Shown here: one piece after another, positions 14,187-28,335 of the stretch
How the letters are laid out: each line of letters starts with the position of its first letter
Position numbering within the stretch: the first letter of the stretch is position 1
Assembly: GCA_032718475.1 (NCBI GenBank)
Contig: JAUCBJ010004176.1
Span: forward strand, 62,001-126,000
Length of the DNA: 64,000 nucleotides
Source: Nemertoderma westbladi
Lineage: Eukaryota; Animalia; Xenacoelomorpha
Direction: 5' to 3'
The notes under the pieces: generated by a model
Told to the model about the DNA's origin: nothing
Seen by the model: only the letters and a program-made list of their open reading frames with translations
Databases searched by the model: none
Translations under genes and position numbers: made by a program

Positions 14187-14848
14187 TACTACTACTACTA
14201 CTAAGTCGAGCGAACTGTGGCAGTGGAAATGAGATCCTTCCAGGCTTCCCGATTCTCCATAGTTGTCGCAATTTCATTTCTCCCAAGTTCAGTATCCCTT
14301 TCAAGTTGATCTATATATGTTATGGCCGGTCGTCCACGACTACGCTTTCCATGAGTTGGTTGCCAGAAAAGTAGATCTGGTATGACCTCGTCTTTACTTC
14401 GCCAGCAGTGCCCAGTGCCCACTGAATCTTAATCTGCGTTTACGGAGGGTGGTTGATACAGGTGGTATTGTACCATAAAGCTCGGCGTTTGTCATGTGTT
14501 GTCTCCAGCTGATGTTTAGGGCTGCCCTTAGTAGTCTTGTGTAGCAACCATCAATTCGTTGTTCAAGTGATTTAGTCAGTGTCCAGGTCTCACCCCCGTA
14601 TAAAAATACACTTTCCACTGTGGCTCGAAAGAACTTCGTCTTCAGGTGCCTGGAGAGATCTGATTTCCAGATGGTATCCATTTTTGATAGAGCTACCAAA
14701 GCCTTTGCTTTCCTAACTTCTATGTCCTTTTTGTTACTCGCTATCCATGATCTAAGGTACTGGAAGTCGTCAACCTTCCTTAGTTGATTCTTATCAATGG
14801 TTGTCAAGTTTCCGTCAACATTAAAAGTCATGAATTCGGTCTTGGTGC
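14187..14848 (-). mobile_element. RTE-clade LINE, 5'-truncated 3' end
   Basis: Frameshifted ORFs with RT C-terminal motifs (FQYL.SWI, LYGGETWTLT, GHCWR, RGRP..TYIDQL) ending in a (TAG)n tail. Confidence 0.9.
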
Positions 14849-15275
14849 TAATTTTAGTTAATTTAACCTCATTGGTGCAGAAATAAAACTTACGAATTAA
14901 TATATTAGCTCTAGCGTAAAAATTACGTAATTGGTTATTATTAATTGTAAATTCTGCCGTGAGTTAATTTAAATTTCTGCCATTAGAAAGTTAATTGTAG
15001 TTTCTGACGTGAGTTAATATTAATTTCTGCCGTGGCTTAATTATTTGCGTTAGTTATTAGTGTGGGCCACCGTTAATATAAAACAGTTTTTTTTGTATTT
15101 TTTTGATTAAGTATACATATGGTTAGAATTTTCATCTCAATTTGGTGTTTAAGTTTGAAATTATTGTTGATTGAGTTGGGCGAATTTCTAGATGGTATAC
15201 GACGCAGTATGAAATCAAATGACATACTACTAAAAGTTTTTTCAAACCCTGAATAACACTGTTATTTAGTGGAAC

Positions 15276-16225
15276 CCGGCCCGTACCGTGTGGGGGGGCT
15301 TTGGGTGCACTGCCCCCCCCCCCCCCCCCCAGACAAGACCCACTGCCCCCCCCCCCCCCCCAGTCATGTCTTGTTCTCTCGTCTTGTTCACAATTAATTA
15401 ATACGAATATTGTTGGTAATCAATATTATTGGATTCACTTACTACTTCTACCATGTCTACCCACTGACCTAACCTGAGTCCCCGCCATTCCATTTGGTCC
15501 AATTATAATGGCACTGGCACTGCCAGAGCAGAGCCTGTGCCGAATTACATTGCATGATGTACCGTTTATTTGTTCTATGTTGCTACTCACAACTCAGGGC
15601 TGGAAAGCTTGTTGGCAGACTGCATCTCTTTATATATTTTGATAGTAATTCAATTACACCTTACTCTAGGCCTATCAGATTGCAGCTCATATAATTACTA
15701 AACATAATCGGATGCTCCAGGTTCTCTCATTGGCTACCAGGGTGGGTTGTTCTCTGTTGACCTACAGTATTGTCTGCAGTTTGGGAGCCAGCCAGCTTGC
15801 ACCTAATAGTAATAGGCTAGGCACTGATGGTTGTTTGCGCTGGGTATACATATCTAAAATTTTATTTTTTGTAATTTTAACCTTAACTTTTGGACATAAT
15901 GCCTACAAATTTTAAACTCGACAGAAATCCGACAAAGTTATTTATTAGTGGTGGCACAAAGTTATTGGCATGTCAAAATCGTAACGACATTATCTATTTG
16001 CTATTATTGGCCCACTCCCTTAACAGTGTCAGTTCGACAAGGGTCCGCCCACTTCGTGGCTCGCCCCACACTTTCTTCAACAATTTTGATTTTACTTTAT
16101 GTACTAAATTAACTCTCACTTTACCGAATGCCCCCCAAACCCAGTTATGGGTTTGCCCCCCCCCCCCCCCAGATTTGGCCTCTGCCCCCCCCCCCCCCAG
16201 ATATAATGGTCACCATACGGGCCTG
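15276..16225. mobile_element. hAT-like non-autonomous element
   Basis: TIR C(C/A)GGCCCGTA at both ends, a perfect 8-bp TSD AGTGGAAC (15268-15275 and 16226-16233), and subterminal poly-C tracts. Confidence 0.85.
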
Positions 16226-19200
16226 AGTGGAACCAACTATATTATTGTGGACTTGTCGAGGTCGAACTAGCTGTTCTGATATAGGTTTGGTTTACTTGAC
16301 TGAATTATTCTTAAGAAGATGAAAAAATTATATGAAAATTAATAAGGTCATAAAAGGAGTTGAGTAGCTCCCTGAACTTAATTCACTAAGTAAAATGGGC
16401 CACCTACCACCTAGGATATTACTAACACTGCATCAGTCCATCTTGTACATCCGTTTGGTTGGTGTCCGTCCGTTGTTGTTCGGACCAGCTAATAAGATTT
16501 ACCAGTTCCAACAACTCAGCCTTCTCGAGAAATTCTTACCCACAGGAATCTATGGAATGCAATCTCGCCGAAGCAAGCTTCCTCTCCTCTGGCTTCGCAT
16601 TGGTCGGTTGTTAGTGGAAGGGCTGAGTTCTCTCCTTTCTCAAACTACCTCCACTATGTTGGGTCCAATTTATAGGAAAGTTAGTTAACTGTGCACTCAT
16701 CTTCACCACGTGAGATTTAAAATAATTAAGCCGATGCAATCATTGGAGATTTATAGTTATGAAAATATGTTGTTCATAATATAATTGTATTTATTGTAGT
16801 TATTTATTTTTGTGTTACGATTTTCACTACTTATTCGATTTGCTTCCCGAATGAAAGACAACTTTTTTCAAATTCACTTCGATAATTTTTATTGCTTTAA
16901 AACTTAATAAATTTCTAACTATATTGTCTGTGATACTTAGTTATTGGCGGTGATGTAACCCTATCAGTTGGTTGTTTGCTAACGTACAACATCGACATGG
17001 TTGAAGGAAGTAAAAGAGAAATGGCTACTTTTCTTCACAATTGTTGGTATAATCAATTTATAATAGAATATCTAAAAACATCTGATTATTAAACGTATTC
17101 TTATTTACAGTATATATTATTTATGATGAAATTGGTTTCGAGAGTATAACATTTTGTTTCCTTTTTTCATTTTACAACAATAAATTGCACACAAAAGTTG
17201 CCATTTATATCAACAAAATTAGGTAGTTTTGCACCTAATTACAAGAATCAAAAATATATATTTTTTGTCACCAAAAATACACCACAATACTATTAGATTA
17301 ATACCTGGTGACTTTATCAACAATATTATTTGTTACTACTATATTATGATTTGCTTTTATAAAACCAAACTTAAAGCGATTCCCCGCACTAAAAATATTT
17401 GAATTTGAAGTTTTGAATATTTGAATTTGGTGATGCATCCAGTTTTTTTGTTGGATTTTACAGTTTCTTTTTTTTGTATAGGTGATTAATTATTTCAAGC
17501 CATTATAATTTATCAATTTCAAAAAGAACCAGATCATATACAGAGTGAGCAAGTGGCCATCAAAAATTATTCGCCGTGCATGCAGGGTGGTGCAGGGTTT
17601 TTGTAATCAGATGTTTCCGAGATTAGACGTACACCGTCTCGTTTGTTAGAGGATATATAACACCACAGGCTCTACTGCAGCCCGTAATAATTTTACCTTC
17701 AGTGGTGCGATTTCAGATTCATTGACATATCCTTGATTCTTGAAGCATCTCCCCCAATTACGCTCAATGTTTCAGACTTTTCACACCAGTCACGGCCTAT
17801 TCGGGCCGTTCCCGTTCCGGTATTAAAAACTGTTACGCCTTGCTTCTTTTGCCTGCCAAGTCCCCTATTACGGTCATGATTATTGTATAGGCCACTCACA
17901 GACGCCTTGCTTCTTTTGCCTGCCAAGTCCCCTATTACGGTCATGATTATTACGGGACTGGATGCAAATCCCATCTTGGCGAATTAATATCCCGCCTCAA
18001 TGTTAAATTCTCAATTTAGGAAATGGAGCAGGTTACAGTGGCTAGTTATTCTAACCAAAACAATAAACTAAACGCAATATAATAGGTTACAGTTTTATTT
18101 TTGAGAGTAATCAGCTGTTATTTGCGTCGAATTTCCCCTGAAGAGGGATGAATTTTTATTGCGTCCAGTTTCCCCCCTATCTGCTATCTGTAACTCTCAC
18201 GTGATAAGTTGATGTTATATTAATATGCTAAGATTCCCATCTCACGTGATGAGTGTTGCTATTAAGGCCAGACACTGCAAAGGATCCCTACTGGTATATT
18301 TTATCAGTTTATAAATTCTAAACGAATGTGGAATTGCTTGTAACACTATACGCTTGGCCTTAATTAAACAACATTCTTCAAATTCCTGGATTTGCAAGTC
18401 GCAAACGGCTTTGGTCGTCGCTCTTCGGGTGTATTATAACGGTGTTAGGTTGTTCGTTACAATCAGCGGGAGGTAGGAAAGGGCCTGGTTTATAATTGGA
18501 GGAGTGTGCAACTGCAAACAATCAACTTATTTTTGTTAGTTTTATCTGGAGCTAAGGGGAACTTTGTGCCAATCCTATCTTCGTCAAGTACCAACCAGTT
18601 ACTACTACACTCCCCCAACAACCCCCGGTAGGCATAAATTCTATTGAGTTCTCCTGTGTAATACAAGCCGACACTCATATAGATAATACTCTGTTAGTTC
18701 ATAAGTTTCATTTAGTTAGTATGATTATTGATTGTTGGGTTTGATTGAATATTGATTGATTAGGTTGGTTGTTAGTTGGGTATTGGATAATATTTCCAGG
18801 GGTATAAACAATTTCGCCGGCAACTACATCAGATCACCGTTACGTTATTAATGCTAAATATCAATTGAGGGAGAGGAACAGGTTAGAGTGGAGGGCTGGA
18901 CTATTCTAGGTTAAATCTTAGACAAGAGTCTAATGTTCAGGTTTCAGGTCTATTTTTGTTTATAGTTTGTCGGGTGTGTTTCACGGTTGTGGCTTAATGT
19001 TTACATCCGGTTACATCCGTATTGCGCGTAAATTATTTTTGAATAGTTTAAGTTTCATGGACTCTTATTATTTTCGATTGGAAGCTAGAAGTTCTCCAGA
19101 ATCCCGCTGGAGGGTACTAGGCAACTGATATAGTGGTACCCGTATGATAGCTTGTGAAGCGCGAAAACCCCACCAACATGTATCCTACAGCGGGTTCATT

Positions 19201-20267
19201 ACAAATGAAAACCCCACCAACATGTATCCTACAACGGGTACTAAACGGGTACAACGGGTATTAAAAGTCTTAGCTACTTCAGTATTTATAGCATCATCTT
19301 TTTTAGTACAAATGAATTCGATTGACTATAATAGTTGTTTTGTAGAGATGAACTTTGGCATTGGCAAGCACAAAGAACCGAATGCCTTAAACTGTAAAAG
19401 AATGTTCCTTTATAGTTTGTTGCGCGTGTGTTTGGTTAACTTTCCTCCTAGTATGAAAAGAATTCTTAGCAAAGAATTCCACCTTCCCTTGCCAAACCGC
19501 ATACCTCCGGGAACGTTGCTCTTTGTACATTTTTAACACATCAGATTAAGAATTGATTTCCTTAGTCACAGATTATTATGGGTCCTCCTTGTGTGTGTGT
19601 AATTCTTCTTTTATTACTACCCCGCACCGGATTCAGCTATTTCTGTAACGGATTAAACTATAATTAGGCGTCATTTTGTGAATATCATTAAGTTGTTTTA
19701 TATCTCTGTATTATTTTGTAAATAATTAATTATTAAACTTTACTATTATATACGTACCGTACCACTATACTACTGTTTGCGTATATATTAAACTGTTGCT
19801 ATCGCTGTGTGTGTATTTCATTTCACAAGTTTTTCAATACATACGCCTAAATTTAGTCTGCAGCTTATTGCCCATACAAGCCGATTTGTTATGCAGTGTT
19901 AATTTTTCTTTGTGAATATCTTTATGCTTTTGCTTTTTGGTATTCTCCCAGCTCGCCAGCTGTATATGCATGCGTTCTGTACATAACCCACCCCCGCTAG
20001 TATACGCCTACGCATTCTCTCCATATCATCTCTTTACCCTGTGCAACACGCTCCTTAATACTTCAACAACAATCGCCAGCTGCTATAAATATACATTCCT
20101 GCCATATTTCTAGATTCTTAGCACTAAACTGTATCGACTGCCTAGTAATATGTTAATAATATCAGTTCCTTATTTATAAACCTTTAACATTACATTGCAT
20201 CATAAAATTATGATTTAATTCATCGCATTATCCGATTTGAGTTTATTGGTTAATTATCGTTATTTAG

Positions 20268-20767
20268 GTTTAACATCCGATCGCGTTTCCATGACTCCAA
20301 TAAATTCTTCCAATTATTACGATCCGCATTCTATTAGAACTCATTTAAACTCTACAGATCGCAATCCCGATCTTTTGTTTAAAAAACCTTTCCCGCCAAA
20401 AAAATCAATGACAAAGTGGCGGCGGGACCAGCAATACGACGACCCCCTGCGGCGGATCCCGGAATCGGGTTACATTTCCGTGTCGCAACAGATCGACCTG
20501 AATACGAACTGTACGCCATCCAGCGGTCGGTTAACGAACGGCGTCACGCCAACCCGGCCAAAGTTGCATTCCAGCTACTCGTCGCCCTCTTCCGACTCTC
20601 TTCCCAGTTACTATGGCGACCGACACCTTGAAGCGGACTCGCCCCCCGGTTACCCCAACCAACCGGGCGATAGAGTCAGCTTCCAGAGCAGTGCAAGTAC
20701 AACTAGCGAGTTGTGGAGTCTTAGTTCGGATTCCTGTCCTAATGGTACCGGTACAACTGGACAACAG
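20268..20767 (+). CDS. LATS: LATS/Warts coding exon 3 (Ser/Pro-rich; internal ATG at 20291 is an alternative start)
   Basis: TATTTAG acceptor, GC-rich open frame, and CAG|GTGCGT donor in phase 0, in frame with the next exon. Confidence 0.75.
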
Positions 20768-21546
20768 GTGCGTGACATTGTTCAAGTAATTAGTACACTT
20801 CCCTTATATGGTAATTTAATTAACAGTTAATTATCTTATCAATTTTTGTTTCTCCATTCAATTAACTGTAATAGATTCAGTTGTTTGTTGTTGTTTATGA
20901 TATTGTATTTATTCAGTTCGCTTTCAATCTCGATGTTTAAGATATTAGTATAATCGAGACAGACCTGTGGAGGCTGTGGGCCATCAGCTTCAGAGCTAAC
21001 ACTTAAAGTTAATTATACTAATATATTTAATAATGTTAAATTAAAATTAATAATGTTAACAAATGTCTTCCTGGGTCGCGGAAGTCATAATGTGTAAAGT
21101 GTTCCACGAACCGACAAGTTGTATTAGTTAAACAGGTTGAGAATATATGAAAATAGTTATAAAACAGTCGCCCAGGTGGGATCGAACTAGTGACCTCCAG
21201 GTTTGAAGTCTCGCGCTCAAACCATTCCTGGAAATACTACGTCTGATATCTTGTATCTTGCAATTTACGTCCTCATGGCCTCGCAATTGTCAATACAATG
21301 ATCTGCTGCCACTGTGCTCAACCCTAATGTAATACTTAGCCGTCTCAATGTGTGTCGGAAGCAAATAATTAAGCGTTCTGACTCACAATACAAACTGATG
21401 GGCTTGGAGGTCGGATTGGTTACCACCCAGACCTGTTACTATGAATTAATCTCCCATCGTCGATTGCTATATTTCTATAGTAAATTTTTATTTATTGTTT
21501 ATTTTATTTTTAAATTTAATTTTATAATTTTATTCAAATATTTCAG

Positions 21547-23307
21547 CCAAGTAACTTCTACACGACTCATAGCCAACAAAGCAGACCTCCTCCACCATAT
21601 CAGTTTACGTTACCTAGCAACCACCCGGTGCTAAACAACCGACAACTGGTGCTGAACATCCCGTCGAACCTAGCGGCCCAACCGTCGCAGTGTTCGCGTG
21701 TCGCAGACGATACAACCCCCAGGGGCGGGACCACCCTGGGTGCCAGTCCCAGACCCTTGGTGCTACATTCCGTGTGCAGTCAGTCCGTCCCCAAACCCCG
21801 TCTACAGCAGGCGACGGCCCCCCGCAGACCACCCCCTAGTTTCCCCCACCCGCCCCCTCCCGACTGTCCGACCAGTTCCAGTCTGTCTACCGACAGCTGC
21901 GGGGCGGGTCGGAGGCCCCACCGCGCTGCTTGGCGGGTCCCTCCGGACCCCCACCTTGCCCCCCATGTCTCGAGACGGGTCCCTCCTGACCCCCGTCGCG
22001 TCCACCTGCTCCCAGCCCCCTCGGGTCCACAACCATCCCCCGCCACCTCCCAACCGGCCCCCCTCCCCTCCCCCCACACTGCCTCCCAACCATCCCCCTG
22101 CACCTCCCAACCGGTTCCCCACCCTTCCCCCCAACCAACCGCCTACACTCCCCAACCGGCCCCCCTCCCTTCCCCCCACTCTGCCTCCCAACCATCCCCC
22201 TACACCCATCTCGATCCCCCTCCCTACCGACAGGCTCTCTGCGATCTCGCTCGCTCGACCCCCGCCCCCAGCCCGACTATAAGCAGTACGACTACCACCT
22301 CGGACAGCATCCCCTACTACCACAACGACCTCCCTATCCCCCGAGACCGATCCCCCGTTCCTCCGGGACCTCCCGACCGCGACTTCTACAACGGGTTGGA
22401 CCTCAGCCAACTGGACCAACTCTCCGAGAGCGAGTTGGCCTACCTCTCCTACAGACTGGCGGACCAACATATGACGTCATCGACCCACGGGCCACCCCTC
22501 TACCGCTCGTCCTCCTCCGATGCGGGGCCGCCCTCCGGTTACCATAGCTACGAGACCGAGTTATCCGAGTGCTCGTACGATGACTACGCGATTCAGCGGT
22601 TGCCTGGCGAACAACGCGAGGCGACCGCGACTACGACCCCCCTCGTGGGTCTCACAGACGACGAACTCGCGGAGTACAGTCGGATCACGGGGCTGGAACC
22701 CGTGTTCCCTGGCAACCAACACCTCGCGTTGGTCGCCACCCGTCCCGATCGTCTCCGTCGGTCGATCAGCGACGAACCAACTCGCTCCGAGGATTCCCCC
22801 AACTCCGATTCCTTCCTCCACCGTTCCCAACTCGTCGACGAGGATACCTCGACTCCGCTCTACCTGAGACACCCGCCTCGGTTGATCCCCACCGTCGCCC
22901 GAATCCGCAGTCCACCTCCGTACCGCAACGACAACCCACGTTCTAGAACCGCCAACCAAGACGTCGCTATGGTGCCAACCTGTCGACCCGAGGTCGGTTG
23001 TCGTTCAAACCTCGCCACCGTCAAGAAACTCTCTAAAAGCGTCAACGACATTGTGGACGCTGAGACAGTCTACGAGACGGATGAGGTCATTACAGACGAG
23101 GTGCGTCGCAGTCCGCATCGTCTGTCGGACCCGGAGTCCCTGTTGGATCCATCGCCCCCCGACCCGTCGCCCCCACGCGGCCGCTTTATGAAGAACTGCT
23201 CGGCGGAGGCCTATAAGTTCTACATGGAACAGCACATCGAGAACGTTATAAAGGTGCAACACCAACGTATACGGAGGCGGTCAGAGCTGGAGGTAGATAT
23301 GGAGAAG
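21547..23307 (+). CDS. LATS: LATS/Warts coding exon 4 (PPxY motifs and start of the MOB-binding NTR)
   Basis: TTTCAG acceptor; three PPPY motifs (RPPPPY, DPPPY, SPPPY); conserved SAEAYKFYMEQHIENVIK; AAG|GTAAGT donor. Confidence 0.92.
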
Positions 23308-23374
23308 GTAAGTAAGAAATTCGGAATCTGTAGACGAAGGCGGTTCTGATAATATCTGGATTACATTTATTTAA

Positions 23375-24100
23375 AATCAAAATTTATGGTATTTTCACGT
23401 AAATCTAATAATTTGGTTAACAGTTGTGTATCAATGGTAATCAATTAGAAATAGTCTCATAAGTATTTAGGGCATATCATTCATAGTACAACAGATGATA
23501 GTTTTGATATTTTAAATCAACCTCAAAGTTTATACAGGTGAGGCCATATGTTAATACGCAAGTTTAATTTTTGTTCTACGTTAGTTAAGATTAAATTGCT
23601 TAGAAGTTTTTGTACACAAGTTCGTGGTAATGCTTTATGGTCTAGACAGAATTATACCTTGAGCATATTTAACAGGTGGAGAGATGCCCGTAAGGGTGAA
23701 ATGCGCATACGATAAACCATTTATAATTTTTATTTAAACGTGGTAAGACCCTCACCTACTCCCTTATTGTTTCCATGCTCGGAGTCCCCACAACCATACA
23801 ATAATATAGAACGCAGATTTTTCAGGTATCCATATAATTTTAGTGCATCTTTATTATTTAGTGAATTAAATGTCCCAAAATTTAAACACATTGTATATAA
23901 TTCTAAGGTATCACTGTTTAATAGGATCAGTAGTTGTAGTAATCGGGTCCTTCTCTACAAGTAGAATTAGACTATTATTATAAGATATTATGTTACTTAA
24001 ATAGCTATTGTGCTGTGTATATTGTTTATAATGTTTACCTATTACTAGAGTTACCCCTTATTGTTCTTTGGTTTTGTTTTTACTATGGGCGTTGGATGTA
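23375..24100 (+). mobile_element. Degraded LINE RT C-terminal remnant (RTEX-like)
   Basis: Broken frames read KFMVFSRK, KYLGHII and MLIRKFNFCSTLVKIKLLRSFCT. Confidence 0.55.
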
Positions 24101-24565
24101 TCCTATGTATCGTATATTCCAAATACTAAAAATATAGCCAACAGAGATGGTTAAATGCCATCCATGCTGGAGTCCCGAATAGACGGGGCGGGTTCATTTA
24201 AAAAAAAATCCACCCACAATTCTCTTATTCCAGACACCCCGACTATTAACTCAGCGTAATATTTTCTAAAAATGTACATTTTCTATTATGAGTAAATAAA
24301 CGTTTGTTCTCATAATAATTGAGTTGAAAGTGAAAGAAACGAAAACCGTGTACCGAGTAGGCCTATACCACCGGTTACCTATACAGGTACTGCTGTACCT
24401 GTACGCATATGCTCTATGTTAAGTAAGTATGTAAATTTTCCACCCACCACGTTTATTCCAGCCACCCCTTCTATTTGAGACTGGGAGAATTAATGTAGTT
24501 GATTTTACACTTTTCTACGAAGGAGTTAAAATAATGTTCTATATAAAAATCAATGTTACATTAAG

Positions 24566-24689
24566 GTTTGTCTTAACGAAGAAGCAAAGACCCAAATGCG
24601 TAAACTTTTGTGCCAAAAGGAAAGTAATTATATTCGTCTGAAGAGAGCGCGAATGACCCGCGAGATGTTTCGGAAGATTAAAAAAATCG
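24566..24689 (+). CDS. LATS: LATS/Warts coding exon 5
   Basis: Translates VCLNEEAKTQMRKLLCQKESNYIRLKRARMTREMFRKIKKI (LATS NTR signature QKESNYIRLKR). AG acceptor and G|GTGAGT donor. Confidence 0.95.
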
Positions 24690-24729
24690 GTGAGTTCTAG
24701 AATAGATAATTGTTAAGTGTAACATCTGC

Positions 24730-25896
24730 CACCCCGGGGCTGAACTGCGTTTTAGTCGAATATAATTCCCCAGACATTTTGTCAAGATTTTTGAACTCCA
24801 TTCCGCTCTGCTTATGAGAGAAATTTAATTTAAAAAAAATTGTCAATGTCCGGGTTCAGAATCGTCCGGCCTCATTTCCGGACTGTCCGGTTTCCGACTC
24901 AGTTATACAACCGGACAGTAAATAATTCCCCCAAAATTTCTGAAACGATATTTGACCTACTATTAGTCATCTGAGTAAAATAAACAAAAAATTAAAAAAA
25001 ACGGTCGATGTCCCATCTATTTATTAATAATTATTAATAAATTGTTATAAATAAATTTGTGGCCTGGCCGTGGCCATGGTTATAGACCCAGTTGGGGAAA
25101 TAATTCCCGGGCATTTTGGTTAGTTATAACGCATGACAATGTCCTTTCTAACGCAAATAACATAAAAAAGTGAAAAACGGTCGATGTCCAAGCTATTTAT
25201 TACTATTTATCACTATTTTGAATAAATTTTGCTGTTAGAATGCGATACACCTAGCCCAGAGCTCCGAAGTTCACTTATAGACTGGCTATGGGGTTTATAT
25301 TGTCTGTGGTAGTTGCTACGAGTCTAATTTACCAGGAAATTATGAAAAAGAAAAAATTCAAAATGCTTAACAACACTAAACATGCATAACTATTATTAAC
25401 TAGTCCTATTTACTACATTATTGCTCTTTAGCTTTAGATCTTTCTGCATTATATGTCGTTTTTTTTTCTGTATTGACAAATTACCCCGGTGATTTTCTCT
25501 ACTGTTATGAATTGCATGCCACTTTACTTCAAAAAGAAAATATTTTTTTTTAATTTGTCGATGTCCGGATTCAGAATTATCTTGGCAGAGTTCCGGACAT
25601 GCCTGCTCATACCGGACACATGCCTTTTCCGTCTAAACAATTTAACAATTGGACATCGAGCGTTTTTCATTATTTTTGTTTATTTTGAAATTTTGGGGGA
25701 ATTATTTACTGTCCGGTTGTATAACTGAGTCGGAAACCGGACAGTCCGGAAATGGGGCCGGACGATTCTGAACCCGGACATTGATAATTTTTTTTAATTA
25801 AATTTTTCTCATAAGCAGAGCGGAATGGAGTTCAAGAAACTTGTCAAAATGTCTGGGGAATTATATTCGACTAAAACTCAGTTCCGCCCCGGGGTG
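24730..25896. mobile_element. Non-autonomous TIR element with about 210-bp TIRs starting CACCCCGGGG
   Basis: 24730-24945 is the near-exact reverse complement of about 25685-25896. The TSD is unclear. Confidence 0.85.
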
Positions 25897-25934
25897 ATGC
25901 GGCTAGTTTTGAGCCCATTATATTATATTAAATT

Positions 25935-26634
25935 ATATTTAACACATATCAGACAGTCTGCTTACGAACTGTAGGTAGGCTACCGGTTTTACTGTAGTTA
26001 TAGACTTAGAGTTATTTTGAAGAAATATAGAAATATAATTAAATTTTGAAAATAAATTAAAATGAATGGAAAATTGGCGGAATTACGAGAAAATATGAAG
26101 AGAAATGTTAGACTAATATGAAGGGGGGGGGGGGGGGGGGGGGGGGAACTTGGACAAGCATAAAAGGTAGATCCTGGGGGGGGGGGGGACTTGGACAAGC
26201 ATAAACTGTATATCCTGGGGGGGGGGGGGGGGGGGGTGGGTGGGGGGGGGGGTGGAATATGAAGTATACGTAGTTCAATGGACGTGGTGTGGTCATTAAG
26301 GGAGGGGCTTTGTGAACGGATGTAAAGTGTTTCTTTAATATTGAGTTCTAGAATATCTTTTTTTTACCCTGAACTACTTCTACTTTAGTTATTCCACCCC
26401 CCCCCCCCCCCCCCCCCCCCCCCCTTTCATATTATTTATTATTATTTCTCTTCATATTTTCTCGTAATTCCCGCCAATTTTTCATTCATTTCAATTTATT
26501 TTCAAAATTTAATTATATTTCTTCATAATTCAGTGCAATTATTTATAAGGTTATTTTATTATTGTCTATAACTACAGTAAAACCGGTAGCCTACCTACAG
26601 TTCGTAAGTAGATTGTCTGATATGTGTTAAATAT
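25935..26634. mobile_element. Palindromic MITE with poly-G / poly-C tracts
   Basis: ATATTTAACACATATCAGAC... and its reverse complement end the element. The arms extend about 200 bp into facing G and C homopolymers. Confidence 0.8.
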
Positions 26635-27218
26635 TGTGTTTTCCATTTATAGTTAAAATATATTATTTTTTTTACTTCTTGGCGGTTTCTAATTTACATT
26701 TCCGACAAGGTAACACTATATGCTATGCGACTGCTGTTTCATCAACTTTTTTCAGCAACATGAAGAGTTAATCCCACGAGTAACTTTATTGCATCAATCT
26801 GTTTTACGTGATTTTTCAAAAAATGGAGGTATTCAGAGTTGGGGCGAGCCACGATGTTGGCGGAGCCTTAGCGAACTTAGTTATTCAGTCTACCGCTAGT
26901 GGGTTAAAATGAAAACGTTTTAGAAATGTGTGAATGAAAACCTACAGCGATATCGTAGTATTGTTTATAATCGTCCGATTGATATCTGGTACCTCGGTGT
27001 ATTCTAACACCTCTAACTAAGTTTTGTGAGCATTCTTAAACCGTTTCCAGCTACCCCGTCTGCCGTTAGAGGGTTAAAGTAATTTAGGGACAATATATTT
27101 TACTTAGAATTCTTTCGAGTTGACACTTAACATATGTTTATATCACGTGCTGCGCGAAGGCCCCACTTCGTGTATATTATTGAATGACATTTAGTATCAA
27201 CGCATCTCATTGTTATAG

Positions 27219-27404
27219 GTATTGGAGCCTTCGGAGAGGTGTCTTTGGTACAGAAGATAGATACTAAACAACTTTATGCAATGAAGACCCTACGTAAATC
27301 CCACATACTGAAACGCAACCAGGTGGCTCACGTGAAGGCCGAACGGGATATCCTAGCGGAAATCGATAACGAGTGGGTCGTAAAACTCTACTACTCGTTC
27401 CAAG
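27219..27404 (+). CDS. LATS: LATS/Warts coding exon 6 (kinase subdomains I-IV)
   Basis: [37 protein letters not shown]; canonical AG/GT sites, phase 1-1. Confidence 0.97.
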
Positions 27405-27934
27405 GTGAGGAGGAGGTTAAAGTCATTCTGTGACTGAAACTTAGTTTTCGTTGGCAGCTGCTATCAACCATAATGGTGGGCACGTTTTCGTGCACACCTT
27501 AGGAAAATGCATAGACGTCCGGGCGGGATCGAACTGGGGACCTCCAGGTTGGAATTCCAACTCTTCAACCATTCCCATAGCAGTATACGCAAAAGGCAAC
27601 ACCAGTCCAGACCGCGATATGGTACCGGTAACGACCTATGAATTTTGTACTGTCTGCATCCGTGATGAATACGGTACAATCATACTGAAAGAATACTGTT
27701 ACTTTATTTCACGCCATGATATATAGCACCCCATAGCCCATCATTGAGTTTACTTTATTTCACGGTGTATTCCATCTGACTTGAAAATAAAATAATATGT
27801 ATAAAGAAATGTTTGACTTGGATTTTACTTTCCCAAGGTAGCCCTTTCGTTTGTGTCTGTGGAAGTGACTTAGAAGTAAGTGTAGGCTACGCTGATATGT
27901 TTCTATATTTAATGTTAAATTCGTTATCATTTAG

Positions 27935-28076
27935 ATAAAATCAACTTATACTTTGTGATGGATTACGTTCCCGGAGGCGATATGATGTCGTTGCTCATCA
28001 AACTCGGGGTTTTTTCGGAAACCCTGGCGCGATTTTACATCGCCGAATTAGTCTTGGCTATAGAATCGGTTCACAG
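27935..28076 (+). CDS. LATS: LATS/Warts coding exon 7
   Basis: [47 protein letters not shown]; TTTAG acceptor and CAG|GTTAAT donor. Confidence 0.97.
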
Positions 28077-28335
28077 GTTAATCAATAATTTATTGTACTT
28101 AATCAATTAACGTTGAATGACAAACGCTGAAATGGAAATAATTTTATAATGGCAAAGCAAGATTAAAATTAAATATCACCCTAATAAAATAACAACTTTA
28201 CATACAAAATACATTTACAACGGAATCATCAAAATTAATATAACAATTAACTGAAGTATAAAGTGTAGTCCTAGAATATTAATAATTTCAGTTTATTATA
28301 AATGAATGCAAAGCTCAATATTGAGCCGCTATGTC

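Noticed and set aside
19144-19536. 130-aa ORF as a gene
   Set aside because: No recognisable domain or splice context; it begins in short duplicated repeats.
21165-21230. Minus-strand tRNA-like sequence (similar ones at about 27515-27575, and on + at about 8710-8760)
   Set aside because: Degenerate and incomplete cloverleaf; most likely SINE head remnants.
21609-21621. X-box-like GTTACCTAGCAAC (also GTTGCTAGGTTAC at 44338)
   Set aside because: They overlap LATS coding sequence or a splice acceptor; chance occurrence cannot be excluded.
21614-23265. Many overlapping Gly/Pro-rich ORFs on both strands (also over MED15)
   Set aside because: Expected by-products of GC-rich low-complexity exons.
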